This document shows positions 48,336 to 59,095 of a stretch of DNA of 64,000 nt, in pieces. This stretch comes from an uncultured delta proteobacterium (GTDB lineage Bacteria; Myxococcota_A; Polyangia; Polyangiales; Houyiibacteriaceae): NCBI GenBank assembly GCA_963842915.1, contig CAWJII010000004.1, positions 1-64,000 of the forward strand. Direction: 5' to 3'. The translations under genes were made by a program, and so were the position numbers. Every line of letters starts with the position of its first letter. Position 1 is the stretch's first letter. Below the pieces are notes generated by a model. It ran no database searches. It was given only the letters and a program-made list of their open reading frames with translations, and was not told where the DNA came from.

Positions 48336-48797
48336 TCAGCGCGGCTTCTTCTTCGCGATCTTCTGCCGGCAGACTTTGTTGATCAGCCGGAGCTCTTCGA
48401 TTTTTTCGTCGATCTGCCGCTTCTTTTCTTCGAGTTCCGCGATCATCTCTGCGCTCCGGGCTGCCGAGATCTCGAGTTGCTTGAGGCGGCCTTCGCCCTG
48501 CTGGCCGTACAAGTCGAGATAGTCCTTGGTTTCCTCGAGGCTGTAGCCGAGGGACTTGGCGCGAACGATGATGTGCAGGCGAGCCCGATCGCGGCGCGAG
48601 TAGATTCGGGCGCCGTTCAGCCGCTTTGGGGAAAGCAGGCCCTTGGACTCGTAGAAACGGATCGCCCGATGGGTAATGCCGAACTCGTCGGAGAGTTCCG
48701 ATATCGAGAAGAAATCGGGCGCTTCGCCCTCCCCGTGCGCCTCGACGAATGCCCTTACCCGGTCATTGCGGGCGCTTGGTCTAGAAGGCGTGGCCAT
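48336..48797 (-). CDS. MerR family transcriptional regulator (LiuR-like)
   Basis: N-terminal HTH FSISELSDEFGITHRAIRFYESKGLL; C-terminal coiled coil. Confidence 0.8.
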   Translation of the reverse strand: MATPSRPSARNDRVRAFVEAHGEGEAPDFFSISELSDEFGITHRAIRFYESKGLLSPKRLNGARIYSRRDRARLHIIVRAKSLGYSLEETKDYLDLYGQQGEGRLKQLEISAARSAEMIAELEEKKRQIDEKIEELRLINKVCRQKIAKKKPR

Positions 48798-48837
48798 CTT
48801 GGCAGACGATAGCCCGGCAATCTTTCCGTATCAATAG

Positions 48838-48880
48838 GTGATTTACGCAGCTAGTGGTTGCTTGACGTAAACGTAAACCT
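48838..48880 (+). promoter_or_regulatory. candidate MerR-type operator/promoter: tttacgcag…cttgacgtaaacgtaaac in the divergent intergenic region
   Basis: AT-rich, with repeated ACGTAAAC half-sites and a TTGACG -35-like hexamer. Confidence 0.3.
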
Positions 48881-48923
48881 AGCCTAGAAACCCAGCCGAA
48901 GCTCTGGAAGCTGGAGGACCTAG

Positions 48924-49781
48924 ATGGACAAGGCGATCATCACCTGCGCGCTCAATGGCGTGCTCACCAACCCGAAGCAGCACCCCGTGCCGGTCACGCC
49001 CGAAGAGATGGCGGTTTCGGCGCGCGATGCCTACAACGCGGGCGCGTCGATCGTGCACATCCACTTCCGCCGCCAGGAGCCGGGCATGGGGCACTTCCCT
49101 TCCTGGGATCCCGAGATAGCGGCAGCGGCTAGCGACGCAATTCGCGAGGCCTGCCCCGGCATCATCATCAATCAGACGACCGGCGTCATCGACGAGGATG
49201 TTTCTGGCCCCGTCGCGTGTCTTCATCGAATCAAGCCGGAGATCGCCGCCTGCAATGCGGGCAGCTTGAACTACCTGAAGCTGAAGAAAGACAACACCTG
49301 GGCCTGGCCTCCGATGGTGTTTCTCAACGGCGTCGACAAGGTCCAAAAGATGCTCGACGCGATGGAACAAACGCATACCACGGCCGAGATGGAGTGCTTC
49401 GACGTGGGCATCGTCCGCTCGGTCGGGCTCTATCTTCGAGCCGGGATGGCCAAGGAGATGCACTACAACTTCGTCATGGGCGTCGCCTCGGGGATGCCCT
49501 GCGATCCCGAGCTTCTCGAGCTGCTCATGAAGTACAAAAGTGGCGACGCGCACTGGCAGGCGACGCTCATCGGACGCGAAGAGATCTGGGAGACGCATCA
49601 AAGAGCTGCCGAGCTCGGCGGCATGCTCCGAACGGGCGTCGAAGACACCTTCTACCTACCGAACGGCGACAAGACGACCGGTAACGGGCAACTGATCGAA
49701 GCGCTCGCGGGTTGCGCGCGCAACGCAGGGCGAGAAGTCGCTTCGCCCGCGGAAGCCAGAGAAATGCTGGGCTTCAACTAG
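48924..49781 (+). CDS. BKACE-family beta-keto acid cleavage enzyme (3-keto-5-aminohexanoate cleavage enzyme-like, DUF849)
   Basis: N-terminal MDKAIITCALNGV; TIM-barrel family pattern. Confidence 0.8.
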   Translation: MDKAIITCALNGVLTNPKQHPVPVTPEEMAVSARDAYNAGASIVHIHFRRQEPGMGHFPSWDPEIAAAASDAIREACPGIIINQTTGVIDEDVSGPVACLHRIKPEIAACNAGSLNYLKLKKDNTWAWPPMVFLNGVDKVQKMLDAMEQTHTTAEMECFDVGIVRSVGLYLRAGMAKEMHYNFVMGVASGMPCDPELLELLMKYKSGDAHWQATLIGREEIWETHQRAAELGGMLRTGVEDTFYLPNGDKTTGNGQLIEALAGCARNAGREVASPAEAREMLGFN

Positions 49782-49825
49782 TGTTCGGGATTGTCAGCCG
49801 ATCGAGCCGGAGGTAAAGACGAGCC

Positions 49826-50530
49826 ATGGCCAATAAGGTGTATCCCAACGCGACCGCGGCCCTCGATGGCCTGCTGAGCGACAACATGACCTTGATGTCC
49901 GGCGGCTTTGGTCTCTGCGGCATTCCCGAATCACTGATCGAAGCGGTGGCCAAGTCCGGCGTGGCAGGCCTGACCGTGATCTCAAACAACGCTGGCGTCG
50001 ATGGCATCGGCCTCGGCGTGATGCTCGAGACACGACAAATCGCGAAAATGGTCTCCTCGTACGTCGGAGAGAACAAGCTCTTCGCGAAGCAGTTTCTCGA
50101 TGGCGACCTGACGGTCGAGTTCAACCCCCAGGGCACCTTGGCTGAACGGATTCGCGCCGGGGGCGCTGGCATTCCGGCGTTCTACACCAAGACAGGTGTC
50201 GGGACGACGGTGGCCGAAGGCAAAGAGGTTCGTGAGTTCGATGGTGAACAGTACGTGATGGAGCGAGGCCTCGTCGCGGACGTATCCATCGTGCATGCCT
50301 GGAAGGGCGACACCGAGGGCAATCTGATCTACCGAAAGACCGCGCGAAACTTCAATCCCATGATGGCGACCGCCGGCCGAGTCACGGTCGCTGAGGTCGA
50401 ACAGCTCGTCGAGCCCGGTGAGCTAGCGCCCGATCAGATCATGACGCCTGGCATCTTCGTCGATCGCATCATTCACTACGCAACTCCCTCGAAGCACATC
50501 GAGCAACGGACCACGCGCCCGCGCGCCTGA
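49826..50530 (+). CDS. 3-oxoacid CoA-transferase subunit A
   Basis: [11 protein letters not shown] signature. Confidence 0.9.
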   Translation: MANKVYPNATAALDGLLSDNMTLMSGGFGLCGIPESLIEAVAKSGVAGLTVISNNAGVDGIGLGVMLETRQIAKMVSSYVGENKLFAKQFLDGDLTVEFNPQGTLAERIRAGGAGIPAFYTKTGVGTTVAEGKEVREFDGEQYVMERGLVADVSIVHAWKGDTEGNLIYRKTARNFNPMMATAGRVTVAEVEQLVEPGELAPDQIMTPGIFVDRIIHYATPSKHIEQRTTRPRA

Positions 50531-50540
50531 GGAGAGAACG

Positions 50541-51188
50541 ATGGCTTGGACCCGCGACCAAATGGCTGCCCGCGCCGCGCAAGAGCTTCGCGACGGCTTC
50601 TACGTGAATCTCGGTATCGGAATTCCCACTTTGGTGTCAAACCACATCCCCGCCGGGATGACCGTCCAGCTGCAGAGCGAGAACGGAATGCTCGGCATGG
50701 GCCCTTTTCCCTACGAGGGAGACGAAGACGCGGATCTGATCAACGCCGGCAAGCAAACGGTCACCGAGCTTCCGACCACGAGCTTCTTCTCGAGCGCCGA
50801 GTCGTTCGCAATGATTCGCGGCGGTCACATCAACCTCTCGATTCTCGGCGCCATGCAAGTCGCGCAGAACGGCGACCTGGCGAACTGGATGATCCCCGGC
50901 AAGATGGTCAAAGGGATGGGCGGTGCCATGGATCTCGTCGCAGGCGTTCCGAGAGTCGTCGTCGTCATGGAGCACACGGCCAAGGGCAAGCCCAAGCTCC
51001 TCAGGAGCTGCACCCTGCCCCTGACCGGCACCCAGGTCGTCGACCTGGTCATCACTGACCTCGGTGTCTTCGAGATCGACAAGAAGGGCGACGGGGGCAT
51101 GACGCTGGTCGAGCTAGCCGACGGCGTGACGCTGGAGCAAATCGCCGAGTGCACCGAAGCGGCCTACACCGTCGCGGCGGGGCTCTAG
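50541..51188 (+). CDS. 3-oxoacid CoA-transferase subunit B
   Basis: Catalytic SENG motif ([11 protein letters not shown]). Confidence 0.9.
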   Translation: MAWTRDQMAARAAQELRDGFYVNLGIGIPTLVSNHIPAGMTVQLQSENGMLGMGPFPYEGDEDADLINAGKQTVTELPTTSFFSSAESFAMIRGGHINLSILGAMQVAQNGDLANWMIPGKMVKGMGGAMDLVAGVPRVVVVMEHTAKGKPKLLRSCTLPLTGTQVVDLVITDLGVFEIDKKGDGGMTLVELADGVTLEQIAECTEAAYTVAAGL

Positions 51189-52519
51189 CCGAAGACCAGC
51201 AGGACCAGCCCTACGTACAGCCCCATGCCGATCGCAACAATCAGCGTGTAGCCGGCGATCTGCCGAGCCTTGAGGCCGGTGATCGCGAGGAGCGGCAAAG
51301 CCCAGAACGGTTGCAGGAGATTCGTCCACTCGTCTCCGTAGGCAAAGGCCATGACCGTACGCGCAGAGTCGAGCCCAAGAGTCGAAGCGGACGTCAGGAG
51401 CACGTCGCTTTGCAGCGCCCATTGTCCACCGCCAGACGGCACGAAGAAGTTCACCAGGCCGGCGCTTAGAAACGTCAGCAGCGGAAAGGTGCTACTGGAC
51501 GCGACGGATGCCATTGCGGATGACAGCGCTTCGATCATGCCGCTCGCTTTCATCACGCCGAGGATGCCGAAGTACAAAGGAAACTGAACGATGATAGCGC
51601 CGGCGCCGCGAGCGCCTTCCGACACCGAATCGAGAAAGCCCCGAATCGACCCGTGCGCGGCGAGCGCTAGCGCCAAAAAGAACAGATTCACAGAGTTGAG
51701 ATCGAACGCGACTTCGCCACGCATCCAGCCGTAGACGACCAGAAGCACCGCTAGGAGACCGACCGAGATGCCGAGGAGCGATCGCTTCGCTTGCGTCGAG
51801 CTCGGAACAAACACCGTCGGCGCATCCGGAACCGAGGCGACCTTGGGCGCGAGCGCCATGCACATCAGCGGTAACAAGATCAGCAAGCCGCCGCTAACCG
51901 CGAGATTCAGCGACGAGAACAGAGTTTCGCTCACGGGGATCGCCTGGGTCGCGCCTTCGGTGAACTGCGCCGACTCCGCGGCCTTCAAGGGAGCCGAGCC
52001 GCTGAGCCCGCCGTGCCAGACCGCAAGCCCCGTGTACGCTGCAGCGCCGAGGACGGGAATGTCCATCGGTCGCTGCTCCTCCGCCGCGATGTGCGCGATT
52101 TCACGAACGACGAAGGCTGCAACCACAGCACCGAGGCCCCACTGGATCAGGCCCGTCAGGCAGGCGATGAGCGCGACCAGGCCCGCGGCCGTCGAGGTTC
52201 GCTTGGGCAAGCGGGCGACCGCGCGGACGATCCGCTGAACGGGCGGGCTGCAAGCCAGCGCCTGCCCAGTCACCAAGATGAGGCACATCTGCAGGGCAAA
52301 GGCGAGTAGCGGCGTGCTCGAGAAGCCGCCGTACCAGCCTTGAAGCACCGCGGCGACCGACCCGCAGAGCGCGAAGCCTCCGATGAGCGTCATCGAGGTC
52401 AGCACGAGCGCGAGCACGAACGGATCGGGAACCCATCGTTCGGCCCACCTGCTGAAAACCTCACCAAGCCTGGCCAGCATGGCGCGGACCATACCACCAA
52501 GTTCTACAACCTGGCCCAT
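51185..52519 (-). CDS. atoE: short-chain fatty acid transporter (AtoE family)
   Basis: 444 aa; close pattern match across the N-terminal 200 aa of AtoE. Confidence 0.85.
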   Translation of the reverse strand: MGQVVELGGMVRAMLARLGEVFSRWAERWVPDPFVLALVLTSMTLIGGFALCGSVAAVLQGWYGGFSSTPLLAFALQMCLILVTGQALACSPPVQRIVRAVARLPKRTSTAAGLVALIACLTGLIQWGLGAVVAAFVVREIAHIAAEEQRPMDIPVLGAAAYTGLAVWHGGLSGSAPLKAAESAQFTEGATQAIPVSETLFSSLNLAVSGGLLILLPLMCMALAPKVASVPDAPTVFVPSSTQAKRSLLGISVGLLAVLLVVYGWMRGEVAFDLNSVNLFFLALALAAHGSIRGFLDSVSEGARGAGAIIVQFPLYFGILGVMKASGMIEALSSAMASVASSSTFPLLTFLSAGLVNFFVPSGGGQWALQSDVLLTSASTLGLDSARTVMAFAYGDEWTNLLQPFWALPLLAITGLKARQIAGYTLIVAIGMGLYVGLVLLVFG

Positions 52520-52543
52520 GCTTGCCGGTCGAATTCCTAGGGA

Positions 52544-53317
52544 CTAGCGACGACGCCGGATCGCGATGAACGTGAGGTCGTCGGGCTTCGAAGGGGCCCG
52601 CTCGCTCGGCGCCTCCATGCGTTTTCGCCCGAGGGCCGCCAGATCATCGACCGCCCTTCGAAGCGGCCCCTTGCGCAGCCGCTCCACGATCTCTTCCAAA
52701 TGAAGGTTGTCGCTGAGCCCGTCGCTCGCCAGAACCACCGTATCGCGCCGGGCCAGATTCAGAGTCGCCCCGAGCTCGATTCGCATCTCCTTGGCGCCCA
52801 GTAGGTTGGAGACGATGTGCAGGTCCTCGTGGTGCAGGGCTTCTCCTGCGTCCAACAGGCCCGCTTCGACGGCGTACCCGACCGGCGAGTGCGGAATGGT
52901 CTGCCACTTGATCCGTCCGCGTTGCCCGGTGACGAGCACCATGGAATCCCCCGCGTGGTAGGAGCGCATCTTCGTGCCTTGGATCTCGACGGCAGCGAGA
53001 GTGGCAGCGGCGCCCGTTCCAAGCGCGGAAATCGCGCGATCGGCCGACTCGAAGCCGTTGATGATGGCACCGCGCAGATTCTCGACCTCCCCTCCGAGCT
53101 CCGCCACCGAGTCACAGACTGCCCTCACCGCCAGCGTCGCAGCCTCCGCTCCGCCTGGATGGCCTCCCGCACCGTCAGAAACCACGGCTACGCCGGCCTC
53201 CTCGCCGACGGAGATCAGCGCCGCTGCGTCCTCGTTAGGGCCGTCTCGTCCCGGCTTACGAATGCTGAGCACCACAGCCTCGCAGCCGCCAAGCTCGAAG
53301 CGCTCACCCTGCGCCAT
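52544..53317 (-). CDS. PP2C-family Ser/Thr phosphatase (start at the internal Met so it does not overlap the kinase)
   Basis: Metal-binding motifs VSDGAGGH and DGLSDN. Confidence 0.8.
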   Translation of the reverse strand: MAQGERFELGGCEAVVLSIRKPGRDGPNEDAAALISVGEEAGVAVVSDGAGGHPGGAEAATLAVRAVCDSVAELGGEVENLRGAIINGFESADRAISALGTGAAATLAAVEIQGTKMRSYHAGDSMVLVTGQRGRIKWQTIPHSPVGYAVEAGLLDAGEALHHEDLHIVSNLLGAKEMRIELGATLNLARRDTVVLASDGLSDNLHLEEIVERLRKGPLRRAVDDLAALGRKRMEAPSERAPSKPDDLTFIAIRRRR

Positions 53318-53346
53318 GTCCACATCCGTGAAGATGTGGGGCTTGC

Positions 53347-54207
53347 TCACAGCGAAGCTCTTCTGCTGCGTGTTGGACTCCGAAGAGCCCTGGGCGCCAG
53401 CGCTTGAAACGCCCTTTGCATCTGCACCCCATCTCGAAACCGCTTGCGCTCCCGGACCTCGATCGAGCGTCGAAGAAAGTCGACGAAATCCCGGCTGACG
53501 GTGCGGCGAAGCCGGTCGGCGCCCGGCAGCGGCCAATCGAACGGCCAGGCAGGGAGCTCACCGGAAAACATTCGGTAGATCAGCAGGCCCATCGAGAACA
53601 CGTCGGAGCGAAACGAAGGCTTACCCATCGCCTGCTCCGGCGCGATGTAGCCGACGGTGCCCTGCCCGGAGCCCATTATCGTTCGGGTTCGGAGCGAGAC
53701 CTTCGCAATGCCAAAATCGGCCAGACGCGCCTGCCCTTCCGGGAAGAGGATCACGTTGTCCGGCTTGATGTCGCAGTGAATGATTCGCAACTCGTGCGCG
53801 TACGCAAGCGCGTCGATCAGCTGCTCCGCGTAGCAAAGAGCGGTCTTCGGACCCAGGCGGTAGTGCAGCCGGTCGGTGAGCGTCCGCTCGCCGAGCGGAG
53901 TGGCGATGACGAAGTGGCCGTCGATCATCATGGCGTTTCGGAGCGGCAGGATGTTCTCATGGTCCAGGCGCGCGGTAAGCCGGACCTCGCGATGGATGGC
54001 GCTCAGACATTCCTTGTCGAGCTGATCCAGATTGGGAACTTTGAGGGCGATGGGAATCCCCTCGATCGTGTCGTACGCCTCGTATACGGTCGCAAACGCA
54101 CCGGCTCCAATTCGGCGTCGAATCCGATATTTGCCGAGCATCTGGCGGGCCTTGAGAGGCTGATTTTGAACGGCGATGTTCTTGCCGTGAAGAACGTGTG
54201 GTCTCAT
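53347..54207 (-). CDS. Ser/Thr protein kinase
   Basis: GAGAFATV…ALK; HCDIKPDN; DFG; APE. Confidence 0.85.
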   Translation of the reverse strand: MRPHVLHGKNIAVQNQPLKARQMLGKYRIRRRIGAGAFATVYEAYDTIEGIPIALKVPNLDQLDKECLSAIHREVRLTARLDHENILPLRNAMMIDGHFVIATPLGERTLTDRLHYRLGPKTALCYAEQLIDALAYAHELRIIHCDIKPDNVILFPEGQARLADFGIAKVSLRTRTIMGSGQGTVGYIAPEQAMGKPSFRSDVFSMGLLIYRMFSGELPAWPFDWPLPGADRLRRTVSRDFVDFLRRSIEVRERKRFRDGVQMQRAFQALAPRALRSPTRSRRASL

Positions 54208-54218
54208 GGGCTGAAGGC

Positions 54219-55226
54219 TCAGAAGGTTTTACGGATCGCCTTCAAGAGTGCAACCCCTTCCGGGCCCATCTCTTTGGCGATGCGGTCTGGAACGCCCTTT
54301 TGCTTCGCCTTGAACGCCGCGAGCTCTTCAGGCGTGGGTTCGTAAATCTCATACCCATAGCGCTTGAGGTTTTTGAGCAAGACCGGCTCAATCTTTCGAA
54401 CTTGCTCCCGCCCCCAGATGGTCAGGTCGTGAGGCATCGTCGTGATGACTTCCTGAATGTCCTTGGGAAGCGTATCAAACCACTTCTTGGAGTAGACGAG
54501 GAGCGCAGGCTGGTAGCAGTGGCGGCTCAGGAAGATGTGACGCTCGCCTTCCTTGAGCCCCTGGTACCAACTCGCGGCCATCGCGAACAGCGGCGTGTTG
54601 TCGAAGCCGTCGACGACGCCCGTCTGCACGCTCATCAGCGTGTTGCCGTTGTCGATGGGGACAGGGGTCGCGCCGAAGGCCTGGTAGGTCTCGACGTGAA
54701 CCATCGACTCCTGGGAGCGGAACCGGATCCCCTCCATATCGCTCGGTTTCCGGATCTTCTGATTGCTGAAGTACGAACGGTATCCGTTCTCAGCCCATAT
54801 CCCGAAGATCAACCCACGCTTCGAAAGAACCTTCTTGACCTGTTCGGTGACCTCTGGTGTGTCGAGTGCCTTGTCCGCGGCCTCGGAGCTCTCGAACAGG
54901 TACGGAGTTTCGATGACGTTGACCTCTCGAACGATGGAGCTCATGCCGCCGACCGAACCGGCAAAGGCCTGCATACTTCCCATCTGAACCCGGCGCGCCA
55001 TCGATCGCTCGTTTCCTCGCCCGAGCCGCAGCTTGACCTTGAGCCGACCGTTCGTCTTCTCCTGGACCTCGGCTTTGAACCGTTGGAGCTGTTCGGCCCA
55101 AGGGCTTCCCTTTGGGGCGACCGTCCCGACCTCCATGACGAATTCGGGGTCCTCCGCGATCGCGGGTCCGACGACGGCCAAGGATAGAGCCAGCAGCGCT
55201 CCGAGGATAAAGATGGATTTACGCAT
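54219..55226 (-). CDS. TRAP transporter substrate-binding protein (DctP family), orphan
   Basis: Signal peptide and DctP pattern; no DctQM genes adjacent. Confidence 0.8.
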   Translation of the reverse strand: MRKSIFILGALLALSLAVVGPAIAEDPEFVMEVGTVAPKGSPWAEQLQRFKAEVQEKTNGRLKVKLRLGRGNERSMARRVQMGSMQAFAGSVGGMSSIVREVNVIETPYLFESSEAADKALDTPEVTEQVKKVLSKRGLIFGIWAENGYRSYFSNQKIRKPSDMEGIRFRSQESMVHVETYQAFGATPVPIDNGNTLMSVQTGVVDGFDNTPLFAMAASWYQGLKEGERHIFLSRHCYQPALLVYSKKWFDTLPKDIQEVITTMPHDLTIWGREQVRKIEPVLLKNLKRYGYEIYEPTPEELAAFKAKQKGVPDRIAKEMGPEGVALLKAIRKTF

Positions 55227-55326
55227 TGAGGGTCTTTCTAGTCAGTTAGGCCCCGAAAATAAAGGGCGAAAGTCGTCTCGCTCCTCAGAGAGTTTGGCTG
55301 ACCCCGGACGAGCGGCGAGATTCGGA

Positions 55327-55452
55327 CGCGGACATGCCGTCAGTAGTCGCCCCAGCTGGTCGATACCCAGCCACAGCCGGGAGCGACCTCGACGAGCGCA
55401 TTTCGCTCCGGCCGATGGGCCGCGTGCTGCGCGATGAATCCAGGCAAGGTGA
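55327..55452 (-). pseudogene. 41-aa ORF with RBS (MSEPVTLPGFIAQHAAHRPERNALVEVAPGCGWVSTSWGDY), resembling the N-terminus of an AMP-binding (acyl-CoA synthetase/adenylation) enzyme; probable gene remnant
   Basis: Translated by hand from the reverse complement. GAGGAG sits 6 nt upstream of the ATG. There is no room for a full-length enzyme before the next gene. Confidence 0.3.
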
Positions 55453-55580
55453 CGGGCTCGGACATGACTGGCTCCTCGGAAGGTCTCGACAGTACCTAAA
55501 ATTTTCGAGTCAGTCTCCAGCCAAGAGAGCTCCCTGAGCTGCTGGTTTGACCCTTGCGACAGGGGCCTCAGACTCCGGTC

Positions 55581-56126
55581 ATGCATATCTCACGAGCAGT
55601 CATGACGGGCCTCGCCCTGCTGGTCCTCGCGACCAGCACTTCGGCGGCGGCGAAGAAAGGAAGCGACGAGCAATTGGCGGTGGACGTCCACGATGCCATG
55701 GAGCGCTTCCAGGAGAAGGACAGCTCCTTCAAAGCCACGCTCGGGAAACTCGCTGGATATGCGATCTTTCCCGAAGTCGCAAAGGGGGGGTTCATCGTAG
55801 GCGGGGCCGGCGGCCGCGGCGAGGTCTACGCGGGCGGAACGCTCATCGGATACGCGAAGCTCTCCCAAGGGACAGTTGGCGCACAGATGGGGGGCCAGAA
55901 GTTCGCAGAGATCATCTTGTTCAGGACGAAGTCGGCGCTGAATCGCTTCAAGAAGAACAGGCTGGAGCTGAGCGCGCAGGCAACGGCCAACGTGGCCGAC
56001 CAGGGTGGCGCCGCAAATGCGAAGTACGCTGACGGCATCGCCATCATCGTTGTTCCGACCTCGGGTTTGATGGCCGAAGCGAGTATCGGCGGCCAGAAGC
56101 TCAATTTCACCCCGCTCCCGAAGTGA
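55581..56126 (+). CDS. SYLF (Ysc84-like) domain lipid-binding protein
   Basis: Signal peptide. YAIFPEVAKGGFIVGGAGGRGEV matches SYLF/DUF500. Confidence 0.7.
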   Translation: MHISRAVMTGLALLVLATSTSAAAKKGSDEQLAVDVHDAMERFQEKDSSFKATLGKLAGYAIFPEVAKGGFIVGGAGGRGEVYAGGTLIGYAKLSQGTVGAQMGGQKFAEIILFRTKSALNRFKKNRLELSAQATANVADQGGAANAKYADGIAIIVVPTSGLMAEASIGGQKLNFTPLPK

Positions 56127-56545
56127 CCGCGATGACTGAGTCAGTGCAAGGCAGCTGCGTATGCGGCGCCGTCGCATTTCGCATCGAAGGCCCGTTCCGC
56201 GGGTTTCAGTATTGTCACTGCAGCCGCTGCCGGAAGAAGTCGGGCTCCTCGCACGTGGCCAACATCTTCGTTCCGGTCGACCAGTTCAGCTGGGAGCGCG
56301 GAGAGGACAAGGTCAAGCGATTCGAGCTGCCGTCGGCCAAGTACTGGTCGACGGCGTTTTGCACCGATTGCGGCTCCGCAATGCCCTGGCTCACGAGAAA
56401 CGGCAAAGTGATGGTCGTTGGTGCAGGCGCGCTGGATGACGACCCAGGCGTCAAGCCAAGGTTCAGCGTCCACTACGATTCACGGGCACCTTGGTACGTT
56501 CACGTCTCCGACCTCGAAACGCACGGGACGATCCCTCAATCCTAA
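56123..56545 (+). CDS. GFA family protein (glutathione-dependent formaldehyde-activating / CENP-V-like zinc domain)
   Basis: CVCGAV…YCHCSRCRK…C..CG cysteine pattern. Confidence 0.85.
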   Translation: MTAMTESVQGSCVCGAVAFRIEGPFRGFQYCHCSRCRKKSGSSHVANIFVPVDQFSWERGEDKVKRFELPSAKYWSTAFCTDCGSAMPWLTRNGKVMVVGAGALDDDPGVKPRFSVHYDSRAPWYVHVSDLETHGTIPQS

Positions 56546-56583
56546 GTTACCCTGGCGCTTTGATGTCGGGTGGAGGTGTGCAG

Positions 56584-57645
56584 ATGACGCATGTGCGTGC
56601 AGGATGGGTCGGGTTGCTGATCCTTGGGATTGGCTGCGGGTCTTCCTCGGGGGCGGCTCCGATCGACCCCGTGGCAACCGAATACTGCGCGGCGTGCTCG
56701 GAGGACTCGAGCTGCGAGCGGGTGGTCAACGAGACGATCAACGTCTTTTGCACGGATGAAACCCGCGCCTGGTACTCCTGCGCGGCCGAAAACGCCTGCG
56801 ATGACACGGCCTGCGACACACAGTGGAACGAACGGGAGGTTTGCATGGGGAACGCGCCGGCAGACAATGTGCGCGATCGGATCAGGCTCCTCGCGCCTTC
56901 CGCCAATCTCGGTCATCGCGGGACCGGGCCGACTCGAGAAGGCCATCCCTTTCCGGAAAACTCCATCTCTTCATTCGTCGCAGCGATGGAGCAAGGCGCC
57001 AATGGGATCTCTTTCGACGTGGAGATCACCAAAGACGGACAGCTGATCATCATGCACGACGACACCGTCGACCGAACGACCGACTGCACGGGTTGCGTCA
57101 GCGAAATGACTTTCGACGAGGTCCGAGCATGTCGCCTACTCGACGGCGCGGGGGAACCGACGAACGAAAGGCCCCCGACCCTGCTGGAGGCGTACAGCGC
57201 GATCGCTGACAACGCGATCATGGACCTCGAGCTGAAAGTCTTTGGTGCAGACTGCATGACCGACTCGACGGGACCCGAGCAGCTGGCTGCGGCGGTGCTC
57301 GACGAGGTGACCCTTATTGGCGGCGAAGATCGCACCATCTTCTCGTCTTTCGATGAAACCGTCGCGGATCTCGTGAAGACGGCGCGCCCCGGATACTACT
57401 CCGCACTTCTTTCGGCCGATCCCGGGGCAGACCTCGTCGACGCAGCGCTCCGCCTCGACCAGGACGCGATCCATCCGCTCTTCTCGGTTTCGGCCGATAC
57501 CGTTCAAGCGGCGCTCGATGCTGGACTTCAGGTCAACGTCTGGACGGTGAACACGACCGAGCTCATGCAGGCCCAGCTCGACAAGGGCGTAACTGCGATC
57601 ATCACCGACGACCCGGCCATCTTGGCCGAGCTGCTTGGCCGCTAG
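56584..57645 (+). CDS. glycerophosphodiester phosphodiesterase family lipoprotein
   Basis: GGAGG 8 nt before the ATG at 56584. Lipobox LGIGCGS. GDPD motif GHRGTG…FPENS. Confidence 0.8.
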   Translation: MTHVRAGWVGLLILGIGCGSSSGAAPIDPVATEYCAACSEDSSCERVVNETINVFCTDETRAWYSCAAENACDDTACDTQWNEREVCMGNAPADNVRDRIRLLAPSANLGHRGTGPTREGHPFPENSISSFVAAMEQGANGISFDVEITKDGQLIIMHDDTVDRTTDCTGCVSEMTFDEVRACRLLDGAGEPTNERPPTLLEAYSAIADNAIMDLELKVFGADCMTDSTGPEQLAAAVLDEVTLIGGEDRTIFSSFDETVADLVKTARPGYYSALLSADPGADLVDAALRLDQDAIHPLFSVSADTVQAALDAGLQVNVWTVNTTELMQAQLDKGVTAIITDDPAILAELLGR

Positions 57646-59066
57646 CCGATTGCCGTAGGCCAGGGCGCGGCAGCCTCGATCTCGAGCGCGAGCTCGAGAA
57701 GTGTTCGCTCTTCACCAAGCGGCGATGCGAGCTGAACGCCCAGGGGCAGTCCGTCCTTGCTCCGGCCGAGCGGCAGCGAGATGGCCGGACCACCCGACAC
57801 GTTCTGGGTCGGGGTGAAGGGGATGAACCACTTCAATCGCTCCAACGCGGTTTCGAACGGAACCCCGGGGTCGATGTAGCCGTGCTCGGGCGGGGGCATG
57901 GCGACAGTGGGGTTCATCAAGACGTCGTATTCCTCGAAACGGCGCGCGTACCGACGGGCAAATTTCCTCAATCGCCAAATGGCCGCGGGAGCCCGTCGAG
58001 CGTTTTCCCTGAAGTAGTCCGCGAGCCCCTTGGTGAAGTCCTCGACTTTCGTTCGATCGAAGTCGGGGTGCACGAGCTGCGTCCCAAAGCGGGTGACCGC
58101 AAAACCAAGCATCGCCCAGAACAAGAAGAAGTCCTCGAGAAATGCTTCGTCGAACGGGAGTGGCACACGCTCGACCGAATGACCGAGATTTTCGAGCAGC
58201 TTCGCTGCGTCCGTCACGGCCGCTACGCAGTCCGGATGTGAGGGCGTTGCTTCGTCGAGGTCCGTGAAGAAGCCAACGCGCAATCGCCGGCCGGGCCGCG
58301 TCACCAAACCGATCTCCGGCAGCTTGGGATTCCGATAGTACCGCTCGGCGGCATGGTAGAACGCCGCCGTATCGCGCACCGAACGGCTCAGCATCCCTTG
58401 GTGGACAATCTTGACGGGAAAATACGCTGCACCTTCCATGTCGATGAGTCGACCGCGCGAGGGCTTGAGGCCCACCAGTCCGCAGCAAGACGCCGGGATC
58501 CGCGTCGACCCTCCCCCGTCGTTCGCGTGCGCAATCGGAACGACGCCCGCCGCCACGAGCGCCGCCGAGCCGCCAGACGAGCCGCCGGTAGAGAATCCCA
58601 ACTTCCACGGATTGTGTGTCGGACCATAGACCAGCGCCTCACTGGTCCCAGTGAGCCCGAACTCGGGCATCGTGGTCTTCCCGAGGTTGATCAGACCGAG
58701 TGACAAGAACTGCTCGACGAATGGCGAGCTCTCGGCCGAGGGCAGCTTCGGAAGCCCGCGCGAGCCGTGCAGCAGCGGCGTGCCCAGTACGGCTTCGTTG
58801 TCCTTGATGAATGAAGGCACGCCAGCGAAGACCCCTGAGCGGGGCCGGCCGGCTTCTTCGCGCGCTGAATCGAAGCACGCGAATGCGATCGCATTGAGAG
58901 ACGGGTTCACACGTTCTGCCCGTGCGATGGCGGCATCGACGGCCTCCTGAGGCCGGATTTCCTTGTCTCGGATGCGCCGCGCGATCTCGACGGCATCGGC
59001 GGTCCCGAGAACGTCGTCGCAGACTGCGCTCACCGACCTTGCTTCCCTCACGCGCTCAACTCGCAC
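57642..59066 (-). CDS. amidase (amidase-signature family)
   Basis: [14 protein letters not shown]…GSTRIPAS…GLKPSRG signature. Confidence 0.85.
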   Translation of the reverse strand: MRVERVREARSVSAVCDDVLGTADAVEIARRIRDKEIRPQEAVDAAIARAERVNPSLNAIAFACFDSAREEAGRPRSGVFAGVPSFIKDNEAVLGTPLLHGSRGLPKLPSAESSPFVEQFLSLGLINLGKTTMPEFGLTGTSEALVYGPTHNPWKLGFSTGGSSGGSAALVAAGVVPIAHANDGGGSTRIPASCCGLVGLKPSRGRLIDMEGAAYFPVKIVHQGMLSRSVRDTAAFYHAAERYYRNPKLPEIGLVTRPGRRLRVGFFTDLDEATPSHPDCVAAVTDAAKLLENLGHSVERVPLPFDEAFLEDFFLFWAMLGFAVTRFGTQLVHPDFDRTKVEDFTKGLADYFRENARRAPAAIWRLRKFARRYARRFEEYDVLMNPTVAMPPPEHGYIDPGVPFETALERLKWFIPFTPTQNVSGGPAISLPLGRSKDGLPLGVQLASPLGEERTLLELALEIEAAAPWPTAIG

Positions 59067-59095
59067 ATCGACATATTATCGCATAGCTTCGGGTC

